The notes beneath the pieces were generated by a model, which saw only the letters and a list, made by a program, of their open reading frames with translations, searched no databases and was not told the origin of the DNA. 64,000 nt of DNA, taken from an uncultured Fluviicola sp. GTDB taxonomy: Bacteria > Bacteroidota > Bacteroidia > Flavobacteriales_D > Crocinitomicaceae. Where the stretch lies: the NCBI GenBank assembly GCA_966212075.1, contig CBIHOM010000010.1:50573-114572 (forward strand), read 5' to 3'. Below are positions 17,567-28,387 of this stretch, piece after piece. Position 1 is the first letter of the stretch. Every line of letters starts with the position of its first letter. A program made the position numbers and the translations under genes.

Positions 17567-18043
17567 CTAGAATAAATCCTTCAAATGCGGCCCCATCTCC
17601 ACTTCGATATCTTTGCGCAATTCCATTAAGCGTTTCGCATATTGCTGCAATTGCATTTCACGCTCGGTATTCGGAATCCACTGATTGGTAGGTTTCGGAT
17701 TTCCCTTTTCATCAACAGAAACAAAGACAATGACACAATGAGTGGTCTTCTCGTATTTCGCTTCACTCATTTTCCGTGAGAAAACATCTACTGCAACATG
17801 AATACTTGATTTTCCCGTATAAATAACCCGTGCCTGAATTTTTACTAAACTCCCGATATGAATAGGTTTAAAGAATCGGATCCCGCCAACATAAACAGTC
17901 ACACAATAACCTTCAGACCAGGTCGAAGCACAGGCATAAGCTGCCTGATCAATCCATTTCATCACGGCCCCGCCATGCACTTTCCCTCCAAAATTGACAT
18001 CGGTAGGTTCACTTACGAATTGAAAAGTAATTTTGTCTTGCAT
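17567..18043 (-). CDS. Acyl-CoA thioesterase (hotdog fold, YciA-like)
   Basis: PTDVNFGGKVHGGAVMKWIDQAA, FFKPIHIG. Confidence 0.93.
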   Translation of the reverse strand: MQDKITFQFVSEPTDVNFGGKVHGGAVMKWIDQAAYACASTWSEGYCVTVYVGGIRFFKPIHIGSLVKIQARVIYTGKSSIHVAVDVFSRKMSEAKYEKTTHCVIVFVSVDEKGNPKPTNQWIPNTEREMQLQQYAKRLMELRKDIEVEMGPHLKDLF

Positions 18044-18300
18044 AGCAGCGAAAGTAATGATATAGTTTGTTTTAATTGAAATATCAATTAATTTTGTGTT
18101 TTTATTAACAAAAATACAACCATTTGATTTTTTTTCCGTTCAACCCTTACTGAAAACTAATATTTAGAGAGGGTAATCCGATTTAGCAAAATTGCTTTAA
18201 TCGCAAGCGAGCTAACAATTTTGTTTAAAAAAGAATTATCTTCGGCTGGTAGAACAAAAAAAGAACTAATTACACTTCCTGTTACCTTGACTAGATATAT

Positions 18301-21300
18301 ATGAAGAAACTACTTATTTTCCTATCATTCTCCATGATAGCTCTTGCGAATTGGTCCCAGGTATCCAACGCCTGTTTCAGTTCACGCAATGATATTTCTT
18401 TTAGTAAAATCGGGTCTCAATCCCGCGGAATAACCAAAGGCGATTTCGATAACGACGGTAAGCTGGATGTCGTCACCACTTTGTATTCAGGCGCCAAACG
18501 ATTTTCCTTTCAAAAGGGATTGGGAAATGGAAAGTTTGGAAGCCCCATTCAAAACGGAAATTCAGGAAACTCAACCCAGGATATTAAAAGCGCGGATTTT
18601 AATAATGATGGAAATCTGGACATTGCCTATATCAATTTGACGGGGGTCTATATCTATCATGGTCAGGGAAATGGAGTTTTTGACAGTATAACCACACTCA
18701 CGCTTACAAACGGAAAATACCTGGCTCTTGGAGACTTCAATGAAGATGGAGCAATGGACATCGTTGCAACAATAAGTAACGCTCAGTTTACCCTATTTAC
18801 AGGAACATTAGGAAACCCGACTTCTTTCGGATCAACGGTATTCAATGTTACAGGTACCATAGTAAACATGGAAGTTGCTGATATGGACGGCGATAATCAC
18901 AAAGATGTGGTTTCCCATACATCCAGTGGTGTCTATATTTCAAGAAACAACAACGGTAGTTTAGGGAATTTCTTCACCGGCGTCAATGTCGCTACTTCGG
19001 GTACCGGAGCGGCTGATTTGACACTATGTGACATCGATAACGACAGCGATATTGATGTTATTACAACAAATAAGACCAGTAACAATATTTCTGTTTTAAA
19101 AAATAACGGATCAGGTACACTGACATTCCATGCTTTGTATGCTACCGAAGCCGGACCGGATGGGATTGATAACATTGATATCAACCAGGACGGGTATAAG
19201 GACATTATCGTAGCAAACATGAGTGCATATACTGTTTCTATTTTCTTCGGAAGCAGTGGAGGTGTTCTGACTTTGTATCAAACCACACAGGCTGCCGGAG
19301 CTCCAAGAGCATTGGTCTCGGGACATTTTACTACAGATACTTATGTCGATTTTGTTACAACACAGCAGGCAGGAGCGTACATCAATTCATTTGTTGGAAA
19401 TGCTTCAAACAATTACCTGCAGACGAATTTATTTGATATTGCTGCAAGTCCGAGTTCTTCTTTTGCCGCCGACTTCAATGGTGATGGAAATCAGGATGTC
19501 GCAATTACACATTCTACCGGGAACAGTGTTCAGATCTATCTGGGAAATGGGGCCGGAGGCTTCTCTGCAGGTACAACGCTGACGACCGGAACAACTCCTG
19601 TTTATATTACCGGCGCCGATTTAAATAATAACGGTTCAATGGATTTGGTTGTTGTAAACAACGGAAGCAACAATATTTCTGTCTTTTATGGAACAGGAAG
19701 CGGAACGTTCTCTACTGCTACGAATTATACGGTGGGAACAACACCTGTTCAGGCTAAAATCGGTCATTTAAACGGAGATGCTTTTGCAGATATTGTTGTT
19801 ACCAACTCCGGAAGTTCCAATTTCACACCACTAACTGCCAGCGGTGCTACTTCATTTAATGTGCTTTCATCTGTTACAACGAATGCAACTCCTTATGCTA
19901 TTGTTATTACAGATTATGATAATGACGGTTTTAATGATGTTGTTGTTGGTCATAACGCTACTGGAGCAACTGCTCTTTTACTAAGATATAAAGGAGATGG
20001 GACCGGGGCTCTTGTTGCAAACGGAAATATCGGAGTTGCAACAGCAACCTATGTTTCAACCACTGCGCTCGAATCCGCAGATTTGGATGGAGACGGTGAC
20101 AAGGATATCATAGTCGGAAGAAGCGGAGATGTAGGTAAAATTTTCAACCCCGCTACTACAACAGGTTCCACTTCTACCAATACAACTACGATAGCAAATA
20201 CCCCGCTGGCAGGATCCGGTGCTGTGGTTGGTTTAAAAATCGTTGATGTCAATAATGATGGAAAATTAGACGTCGTTGGGGTATTTAACAATAGTGGTAC
20301 AGGTGTAGCCGGATCATTATTTGCAAGTGTGGCAACTTCATTCGGTATGAACACCGGTTATGTCATCACTCCTCCTACGCTTAATTTCACTTCTGAATTG
20401 GACGCTTCCGGACTAGCAATCGCAGATTTCAATAACGATGGAAGAGTCGACGCAATTATACCTAATAAAGGATCAAGTAGTTTTACACTTCATTTAAATA
20501 CTACACCGGTCATCACTCCAGGTGGACCAACATCTTTTTGTAGCGGAAACAGTGTAACATTGACTTCTACTCCAGCAACCTACTGGTATGACTGGGACCC
20601 GAATAATGAGACAACACAAAGTATTTCAGCTACGGCAACGGGACCATACTATGTTGTTGCCTCTTCCTCCTGGAGCGATTGGTGCCAGGCAAAATCAGAT
20701 ACGGTAAATGTAACAGTAACTCCGGGACCGACTGCACCAACAGTTACAGCAGGTGGACCAACCACATTTTGTAGTGGCGGAAGTGTTGTTTTAACTTCTT
20801 CCCAGGCAACCGGAAATCAGTGGTATAAAGACGGGGTACTTATTTCAGGAGCTACCAATCAAAACTATACCGCAACAACTGCAGGAATATATACAGTAAC
20901 TTATACCAACGCCGGATGTACATCATCACAATCAAGTGGAATTACAGTAACGGCTAGCCAAACTCCTGTTATTACAGCCGGTGGGCCAACTACATTCTGT
21001 ACGGGTGGTTCTGTGGTATTGACATCAAGTGTTGGAACAAACTTACTATGGTCGAACGGAGCAACGACTCCTTCTATTACCGTAACCACTTCAGGAAATT
21101 ACTCAGTACAAAATATCGTTGGAGGTTGTCCTACCTTAACATCCAATACGATTACAGTAACAGTTGCAGCTTCTTTGAGCACACCAACGATTTCACCGGC
21201 AGGCCCGGTGACATTATGCCCTAGTGGAACTGTAACGCTGACTTCGTCTTCAGCTACCAATAATATCTGGTCAAACGGTGCCACTACACAGTCAATTACA

Positions 21301-24300
21301 GTAAACACCGCCGGATCTTATTTTGTTCATTTGGACAACGGATCATGTACTTCTGCAAATTCAACAGCAGTGACTGTAACAAATGGGTCAGCACCTGCTG
21401 CACCAACAATTACGGCTGGTGGACCAACAACTTTTTGCGCAGGTGGGTCAGTAACATTGACTTCAAGTGCTGGAACGTCTTATTTATGGTCGACCGGTGC
21501 TACAACTGCTTCTATTAACGTAACAACAGCAGGAAATTATACGGTACAAGTTACCAACGCTGCCGGATGCCAAAGTCCGGTAAGTGCTGTAACAACGGTA
21601 ACGGTAAATACCCCTCCTGCTCAACCGACAATTACAGCAGGTGGCCCGACAACTTTCTGTCCGGGTGGGTCGGTAACGCTGACTTCAAGTGCAGGAACTT
21701 CGTATTTATGGTCGAATGGCGCAACAACTGCTTCTATTAACGTAACAACCGCAGGTTCGTATACTGTTCAGGTTACCAATGCCTCAGGTTGTCAAAGTAC
21801 GGCGAGTGCTGCAACTGTGGTAACGGTTAACGCTGCTCCTGCGGCACCGACAATTACAGCAGGTGGCCCAACAACTTTCTGTGCAGGTGGGTCGGTAACA
21901 TTGACTTCCAGTGCAGGTACTTCTTATTTATGGTCGACAGGTGCTACAACCGCTTCTATTAACGTAACAGCGGCAGGTTCGTATACCGTTCAGGTTACCA
22001 ATGCTGCAGGTTGTCAAAGTACTGCGAGTGCTGCAACTGTTGTAACAGTTAACGCTGCTCCTGCGGCACCGACAATTACCCCAAGCGGTTCAACTTCATT
22101 CTGTAACGGAAATTCCGTTACTTTAACTTCAAGCACCGGAACTTCCTATTTATGGTCGACAGGTGCCACTACAGCATCTATCAATGTAACTGCTTCCGGT
22201 TCATATACGGTTCAGGTTACCAATGCAGCAGGTTGTCAAAGCGCTGCTAGTACTGCAACGGTAGTAACGGTAAGCCCTGGACCTCCGGCGCCAACAATTA
22301 CGGCTGGTGGACCGACTACTTTCTGTGCAGGAGGGTCGGTAACATTAACTTCCAGCCCCGGAACGTCCTATCTATGGTCGACCGGTGCTACAACTGCATC
22401 TATTAATGTAACTACTTCCGGTTCATATACTGTTCAGATTAGCAATGCATCAGGTTGTCAAAGTGTTGCAAGTACTGCAACTGTAGTAACGGTTAACTCC
22501 GCTCCTGCCACACCAACCATTACGGCTGGTGGGCCGACAACTTTTTGTACTGGTGGGTCCGTAACATTGACTTCAAGCCCGGGAACTTCTTATTTATGGT
22601 CGACTGGTGCTACAACTGCTTCCATTAACGTAACAACGGCAGGTTCGTATACCGTTCAGGTTACCAATGCGGCAGGTTGTCAAAGTACCGCTAGTGCTGC
22701 AACTGTTGTTACTGTAAATACGCTACCTGCTGCTCCAACAATTACGGCTGGTGGATCGACTACTTTTTGTGCAGGTGGATCAGTAACATTGACTTCAAGT
22801 GCCGGAACTTCATACTTATGGTCGACTGGTGCTACAACTGCTTCTATTAACGTAACAACTGCTGGTTCATATACAGTACAGGTTACAAACGCTGCAGGAT
22901 GTCAAAGCCCGTCCAGTACTGCAACTGTTGTTACTGTTAACCCTGCTCCTGCTACACCAACCATTATGGCTGGTGGACCAACAAGCTTTTGTGCAGGTGG
23001 ATCTGTAACATTGACTTCAAGTACTGGAACTTCCTATTTGTGGTCTACAGGAGAAACAACTGCTTCTATTAACGTGACAGCTTCTGGTTCTTATACCGTT
23101 CAGGTGACAAACGCTGCAGGATGTCAAAGTGCTGCAAGTGTTGCAACCGTTGTCACGGTAAATGCTTTACCCGCCGCACCTACAATCACACCAGGTGGCG
23201 CAACTTCAATTTGTGCGGGAGGATCGGTAACCCTGACTTCCAGCCCGGGAACTTCTTATTTATGGTCGACAGGCGCAACAACTGCTTCTATTAACGTAAC
23301 AACTGCTGGTTCTTATACCGTTCAGGTGACGAACGCTGCAGGGTGTCAAAGTCCGGCGAGTGCCGCAACTGTTGTAACAGTGAATGCATTACCTGCTGCA
23401 CCAACTATTACCGCCGGTGGAGCGACCACTTTCTGCGCTGGAGGGTCTGTAACATTGACATCTTCAGCAGGAAACTCTTATTTATGGTCAAACGGAGCTA
23501 CCACAGCTTCCATTAACGTAACAACTTCTGGTTCTTATACTGTTCAGGTTACAAATGCTTCAGGATGTCAAAGTCCGGCAAGTACTGCGACAACAGTTAC
23601 AGTTAACCCTGCTCCTGCTACACCGACCATTACCGCTGGTAGCGCAACTACATTTTGTGCAGGTGGATCTGTAACATTGACTTCAAGTACAGGAACTTCT
23701 TATTTATGGTCTACAGGAGCTACAACTGCTTCCATTAACGTGACAACTTCCGGTTCGTATACGGTACAGGTTACAAACGCCGCAGGATGTCAAAGTGCCG
23801 CAAGCACGGCAACAGTAGTTACTGTAAATTCCTTACCTGCTGCACCTACAATTACAGCAAGTGGCCCAACCAGTTTCTGTTTGGGTAATTCGTTAACCTT
23901 AACTTCAAGTGCTGGAACATCATACTTGTGGTCAACAGGAGAAACAACTCAATCGATCAACGTGACCACAAGTGGTTCTTATACCGTACAGGTTACAAAT
24001 GCTGCAGGATGTCAAAGTCCGGCAAGCACTGCAACAACCGTTACTGTTAGTCCACTTCCTGCTACTCCAACAGCTACAGCAGGCGGACCAACAACTTTCT
24101 GTGCAGGTGGATCTGTTGTATTGACATCTTCAGCTACAAACAACAATGTTTGGTCAACCGGAGAAACAACGCAATCCATTACCGTGACTACTTCGGGATC
24201 TTATTCGGTTCAGAGAATAAATGGAGCCGGTTGTCTAAGCACCCCTAGTAACGTAATTAATGTAACTGTTAATCCGCTTCCAGGAGCTCCAACCATTACC

Positions 24301-27300
24301 CCTGGAGGTTCTACAGCAATTTGTGCCGGTAATTCAGTTACACTGACTTCAAGCCCGGGATCATCTTACTTGTGGTCAACCGGAGCTACAACAGCTTCTA
24401 TCAACGTATCAACTGCCGGATCTTATACCGTGCAGATAACTGACGGAAACGGATGTACAAGCCCGGTAAGCTCTGCAACAACGGTAACTGTAACTCCTCT
24501 TCCTCCGGTTCCGACAATAACTGCTGGAGGCCCAACAACGTTTTGTGCAGGTGGATCTGTAGTATTGACCTCTTCAGCTACAGGTGGAAACTTATGGTCT
24601 ACTGGCGAAACAACTGCTTCTATTACAGTTACAACTTCCGGATCATATACCGTTCAGCAAATCGTATCTGGATGTTCTTCGGGGAATTCAGCTGCTCAAA
24701 CAGTTACAGTAAACCCGAATCCTACTGTTCCTGTAATTACAGCTAGCGGACCAACTTCTTTCTGTTCCGGAGGATCCGTTATCTTGAGTTCATCTGCTAC
24801 AGGCGGAAACTTATGGTCAACCGGGGAAACAACTGCATCTATTACAGTTACTACTTCCGGATCTTATTCGGTAACTGTCAGCAATGGTTTCGGTTGTACA
24901 TCAACATCTGCATCAACGATCGTAACCGTTAACCCGATTCCTTCTGTCCCTACCATTACAGCTGGTGGTCCGACGACATTCTGTGCAGGCGGATCAGTAG
25001 TATTAACTTCTTCTGCTGCTAGTGGTAACTTATGGTCAACCGGGGAAACAACACAATCGATTACTGTTACAACAGCAGGTACTTATATCGTACAAGAGAT
25101 TCAGGCCGGGTGTGCCTCAGGTTCATCGGCTCCGGAAACAATTACGGTAAATCCGAATCCTCCTGTTCCGACGATTACTGCTAGCGGACCAACTACATTC
25201 TGTGCAGGTGGATCCGTGGTTTTAACCTCATCTGCTGCAACAGACAATCTTTGGTCAACCGGGGAAACCACAAAATCGATTACTGTTACAACTTCAGGAT
25301 CTTATTCTGTACAAGTTTCGAACGGATTCGGTTGTACATCAACATCTACACCAACGAATGTAACTGTTAACCCGATCCCTTCTACCCCGACAATTACGGC
25401 GGGTGGCCCGACAACATTCTGTACCGGTGGATCAGTGGTACTGACTTCGTCTGCAACAAGCGGAAATGTATGGTCGACGGGGGAAACAACACAATCGATT
25501 ACGGTTACAACGGCAGGTTCTTATACCGTGCAACAAATCTTACTGGGATGTTCATCAGGAAGTTCTGCAGCGACAAACGTGATTGTTAATCCAACTCCTG
25601 CTACCCCAACAATTTCGGCAGGCGGTGCAACTACGTTCTGTGCAGGTGGTTCTGTCGTATTGACTTCAACTCCCGGTACTTCATACTTATGGTCAAATGG
25701 AGCAACCACTCAATCGATCACTGTCACAAGTTCCGGATCTTATTCTGTAATGATTGTCGACGGAGCTTGTTCATCGACTGCTTCGAACGTAATCAATGTT
25801 ACGGTTAATCCGATTCCTGCTGCTCCAACGATTACTGCTGGCGGACCAACGACTTTCTGCTCCGGCGGATCCGTCGTATTGACTTCCTCCTCAAGTACAG
25901 GAAATACCTGGTCAACAGGAGCAACTACACAATCAATTACAGTTTCCACAAGTGGAACTTATACTGTAAACGTGACTTCATTAGGTTGTACAAGTCCGAA
26001 TGCATCTCAGACAATTACAGTGAATCCTATTCCGGCAGCACCTACGGTAACTGCAGGTGGACCAACTACATTCTGTGCCGGTGGATCTGTGGTATTGACT
26101 TCTTCGGTGAGTTCAGGAAATACCTGGTCAACAACCGAAACAACACAATCCATCACTGTAAGCACAAGTGGCTCTTATACAGTTACACAAACTGTATCCG
26201 GATGTACTTCAGCAGCATCTGCGCCAGTTAATGTCATTGTAAATACAATTCCTTCGGTTCCGACTATTACAGCAAGCGGACCAACTACATTCTGTGCGGG
26301 AGGTTCAGTAACATTGACTTCTTCTTCACCAACAAATAACTTCTGGTCGAACGGAGCAACTACGCAATCCATAACTGTGAGTACTTCCGGAACCTTCCTG
26401 GTTCAAGTCATCTCAAACGGATGCAGCTCCGGAACGTCCGCACCAAAAACAGTAACGGTAAATCCGTTACCTCCTGCACCAACAATCGTTACAGGAACAA
26501 CTGAATCAATTTGTGCAGGCTCATCAGTAACCCTGACATCGTCTTCAACCGGTGGAAACTTATGGTCAACTGGTCAAACCACTCAATCAATTTCTGTTTC
26601 TACTGCCGGGTCTTATTCGGTAACGGTAACAGATGGTAACGGGTGTGTTTCTCCATCATCAGCTCCAACTGTAGTAACTGTAAATCCAATCCCGGCTGCT
26701 CCGACTATCAGTGCTAACGGACCAATTTCGTTCTGTTTCGGAAGTTCGGTAACGCTGACTTCTTCCTACAGTTCAAATAATCTATGGTCGGGTGGTTCAA
26801 CTGCAAACTCTATTACAGTGAGCAACAGTGGAACATACACTGTTACTCATACAGATGGGAACGGATGTGTTTCCCCTGCTTCAGCGCCGGTAACAGTTAC
26901 CGTGTACTCCATTCCTGCAGCTCCGGTTATCACTGCCAGCGGACCAACTTCGTTCTGTGCAGGTGGATCGGTAATATTAACATCTTCTCAGCCAACAGGA
27001 AACTCATGGTCAACTGCTGCAATGACGCAAAACATTACTGTCACCACAGGCGGTGTCTACAGTGTGATCTATATAGACGGGAACGGATGTGCATCGTCTT
27101 CTTCTGCACCGGTTGTTGTCAACGTATTCTCTAATCCTCCTGCACCTTCTATTACAGCAGGTGGAGCAACAACTATTTGTCAGGGATCGTTCGTAACGTT
27201 AACCTCTTCTTATACAAGTGGAAATACCTGGTCAACTGGTGGAGTTACCCAGAGTATCAATGCAACAACAAGCGGGGCTTATACAGTTACTTACACAAAT

Positions 27301-28275
27301 GCAAACGGATGTTCTACCACAAGTGCTCCGATGAACGTAACCGTTATCCCGGTCTCTGCAATTCCAACTATTTCAGCATCCGGATCAACAACTATTTGTG
27401 ATGGTTCCAGTGTAACATTAACTTCATCTGATCCGAACAGTACCTGGTCAACAGGAGCTACAACTCAGTCAATCACGGTGACAACATCCGGTTCTTACTC
27501 GGTTGTTGGAAACCAGACAGGTTGCCCTTCACAATCATCTGCTCCAATAGTAGTAACTGTCAATCCTTCACCTGCAACTCCGGTTATTACCCCAAGCGGG
27601 CCAACTACAATTTGCGAAGGTGAAGAATTATTCCTCTTCACTTCAGGAACAGGAACAAACACCTGGTCAACAGGATATATCGGGCAGGTATTAGAGGTAA
27701 CGGCTTCCGGAAACTACTGGGTATCGGTTGAAAACGTTTACGGCTGTATCTCTTCATCAGCAGTAATCCCGGTTGTTGTAAATCCGGCTCCGGTTGTAAC
27801 GATTAATCCGATCGGGCCTCTGTGTTCTTACACAGCTCCATTCACAATGTCAAACGGTCTGCCGTCAGGTGGTACTTATACAGGTGACGGAATTACATCG
27901 AACATCTTCTATCCTGCATCTGCAGGTGTCGGATCATCGATTGTAGTATATACATATGTGGATGTAAACAATTGTTCTGCTTCTGCTCAAACAACGATTG
28001 AAGTGAACGACTGTGCCGGTATCGATGAAAAAGAACTTTCATATTTCTCCTTGTTCCCGAATCCAAACAACGGACAATTCCAGGTTGTTTCAAACGGAAC
28101 TCCTATGGAGCACATCATCATCTATGATGCACAAGGAAAAATGGTCTTCAATGAATCCTATCCGGGAATCTTTACTCTTGAATTTGATCTCAATGCATAT
28201 TCAAACGGAGTTTATTATATCGAAATCAACAGTGATCTGGTTCAGGAACGAATTCCTTTGATCATTAATCATTAA
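18301..28275 (+). CDS. Giant T9SS type-A adhesin: FG-GAP/VCBS repeats plus 33 Ig-like repeats
   Basis: Signal peptide; 14 DxxxDGxxD-type motifs; tandem TITAGGPTTFCAGGSVTLTSS..W..Y..GC repeats; C-terminal LFPNPNNGQF..GVYYIEI. Confidence 0.95.
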   Translation: MKKLLIFLSFSMIALANWSQVSNACFSSRNDISFSKIGSQSRGITKGDFDNDGKLDVVTTLYSGAKRFSFQKGLGNGKFGSPIQNGNSGNSTQDIKSADFNNDGNLDIAYINLTGVYIYHGQGNGVFDSITTLTLTNGKYLALGDFNEDGAMDIVATISNAQFTLFTGTLGNPTSFGSTVFNVTGTIVNMEVADMDGDNHKDVVSHTSSGVYISRNNNGSLGNFFTGVNVATSGTGAADLTLCDIDNDSDIDVITTNKTSNNISVLKNNGSGTLTFHALYATEAGPDGIDNIDINQDGYKDIIVANMSAYTVSIFFGSSGGVLTLYQTTQAAGAPRALVSGHFTTDTYVDFVTTQQAGAYINSFVGNASNNYLQTNLFDIAASPSSSFAADFNGDGNQDVAITHSTGNSVQIYLGNGAGGFSAGTTLTTGTTPVYITGADLNNNGSMDLVVVNNGSNNISVFYGTGSGTFSTATNYTVGTTPVQAKIGHLNGDAFADIVVTNSGSSNFTPLTASGATSFNVLSSVTTNATPYAIVITDYDNDGFNDVVVGHNATGATALLLRYKGDGTGALVANGNIGVATATYVSTTALESADLDGDGDKDIIVGRSGDVGKIFNPATTTGSTSTNTTTIANTPLAGSGAVVGLKIVDVNNDGKLDVVGVFNNSGTGVAGSLFASVATSFGMNTGYVITPPTLNFTSELDASGLAIADFNNDGRVDAIIPNKGSSSFTLHLNTTPVITPGGPTSFCSGNSVTLTSTPATYWYDWDPNNETTQSISATATGPYYVVASSSWSDWCQAKSDTVNVTVTPGPTAPTVTAGGPTTFCSGGSVVLTSSQATGNQWYKDGVLISGATNQNYTATTAGIYTVTYTNAGCTSSQSSGITVTASQTPVITAGGPTTFCTGGSVVLTSSVGTNLLWSNGATTPSITVTTSGNYSVQNIVGGCPTLTSNTITVTVAASLSTPTISPAGPVTLCPSGTVTLTSSSATNNIWSNGATTQSITVNTAGSYFVHLDNGSCTSANSTAVTVTNGSAPAAPTITAGGPTTFCAGGSVTLTSSAGTSYLWSTGATTASINVTTAGNYTVQVTNAAGCQSPVSAVTTVTVNTPPAQPTITAGGPTTFCPGGSVTLTSSAGTSYLWSNGATTASINVTTAGSYTVQVTNASGCQSTASAATVVTVNAAPAAPTITAGGPTTFCAGGSVTLTSSAGTSYLWSTGATTASINVTAAGSYTVQVTNAAGCQSTASAATVVTVNAAPAAPTITPSGSTSFCNGNSVTLTSSTGTSYLWSTGATTASINVTASGSYTVQVTNAAGCQSAASTATVVTVSPGPPAPTITAGGPTTFCAGGSVTLTSSPGTSYLWSTGATTASINVTTSGSYTVQISNASGCQSVASTATVVTVNSAPATPTITAGGPTTFCTGGSVTLTSSPGTSYLWSTGATTASINVTTAGSYTVQVTNAAGCQSTASAATVVTVNTLPAAPTITAGGSTTFCAGGSVTLTSSAGTSYLWSTGATTASINVTTAGSYTVQVTNAAGCQSPSSTATVVTVNPAPATPTIMAGGPTSFCAGGSVTLTSSTGTSYLWSTGETTASINVTASGSYTVQVTNAAGCQSAASVATVVTVNALPAAPTITPGGATSICAGGSVTLTSSPGTSYLWSTGATTASINVTTAGSYTVQVTNAAGCQSPASAATVVTVNALPAAPTITAGGATTFCAGGSVTLTSSAGNSYLWSNGATTASINVTTSGSYTVQVTNASGCQSPASTATTVTVNPAPATPTITAGSATTFCAGGSVTLTSSTGTSYLWSTGATTASINVTTSGSYTVQVTNAAGCQSAASTATVVTVNSLPAAPTITASGPTSFCLGNSLTLTSSAGTSYLWSTGETTQSINVTTSGSYTVQVTNAAGCQSPASTATTVTVSPLPATPTATAGGPTTFCAGGSVVLTSSATNNNVWSTGETTQSITVTTSGSYSVQRINGAGCLSTPSNVINVTVNPLPGAPTITPGGSTAICAGNSVTLTSSPGSSYLWSTGATTASINVSTAGSYTVQITDGNGCTSPVSSATTVTVTPLPPVPTITAGGPTTFCAGGSVVLTSSATGGNLWSTGETTASITVTTSGSYTVQQIVSGCSSGNSAAQTVTVNPNPTVPVITASGPTSFCSGGSVILSSSATGGNLWSTGETTASITVTTSGSYSVTVSNGFGCTSTSASTIVTVNPIPSVPTITAGGPTTFCAGGSVVLTSSAASGNLWSTGETTQSITVTTAGTYIVQEIQAGCASGSSAPETITVNPNPPVPTITASGPTTFCAGGSVVLTSSAATDNLWSTGETTKSITVTTSGSYSVQVSNGFGCTSTSTPTNVTVNPIPSTPTITAGGPTTFCTGGSVVLTSSATSGNVWSTGETTQSITVTTAGSYTVQQILLGCSSGSSAATNVIVNPTPATPTISAGGATTFCAGGSVVLTSTPGTSYLWSNGATTQSITVTSSGSYSVMIVDGACSSTASNVINVTVNPIPAAPTITAGGPTTFCSGGSVVLTSSSSTGNTWSTGATTQSITVSTSGTYTVNVTSLGCTSPNASQTITVNPIPAAPTVTAGGPTTFCAGGSVVLTSSVSSGNTWSTTETTQSITVSTSGSYTVTQTVSGCTSAASAPVNVIVNTIPSVPTITASGPTTFCAGGSVTLTSSSPTNNFWSNGATTQSITVSTSGTFLVQVISNGCSSGTSAPKTVTVNPLPPAPTIVTGTTESICAGSSVTLTSSSTGGNLWSTGQTTQSISVSTAGSYSVTVTDGNGCVSPSSAPTVVTVNPIPAAPTISANGPISFCFGSSVTLTSSYSSNNLWSGGSTANSITVSNSGTYTVTHTDGNGCVSPASAPVTVTVYSIPAAPVITASGPTSFCAGGSVILTSSQPTGNSWSTAAMTQNITVTTGGVYSVIYIDGNGCASSSSAPVVVNVFSNPPAPSITAGGATTICQGSFVTLTSSYTSGNTWSTGGVTQSINATTSGAYTVTYTNANGCSTTSAPMNVTVIPVSAIPTISASGSTTICDGSSVTLTSSDPNSTWSTGATTQSITVTTSGSYSVVGNQTGCPSQSSAPIVVTVNPSPATPVITPSGPTTICEGEELFLFTSGTGTNTWSTGYIGQVLEVTASGNYWVSVENVYGCISSSAVIPVVVNPAPVVTINPIGPLCSYTAPFTMSNGLPSGGTYTGDGITSNIFYPASAGVGSSIVVYTYVDVNNCSASAQTTIEVNDCAGIDEKELSYFSLFPNPNNGQFQVVSNGTPMEHIIIYDAQGKMVFNESYPGIFTLEFDLNAYSNGVYYIEINSDLVQERIPLIINH
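20503..27792 (+). repeat. 33 tandem intragenic repeats of about 219-222 bp
   Basis: Counted by eye from the translation; two Cys per unit; 21400-24063 is exactly 12 x 222 bp. Confidence 0.9.
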
Positions 28276-28278
28276 AAA

Positions 28279-28317
28279 AACAAATCCCGACATCATACGA
28301 ACGTCGGGATTTTTGTT
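28279..28317 (+). terminator. Intrinsic terminator
   Basis: aaatcccgac/gtcgggattt followed by T-run. Confidence 0.8.
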
Positions 28318-28387
28318 AACAACTATTTTTGTTACGTATTTCAGTGGAACCAATTATTAAAGATATTTGAATTCCATAATCAAACGA

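Noticed and set aside
20503-27792. Diversity-generating retroelement or assembly artefact in the adhesin repeats
   Set aside because: No reverse transcriptase and no obvious adenine-specific variation; units differ at many synonymous sites
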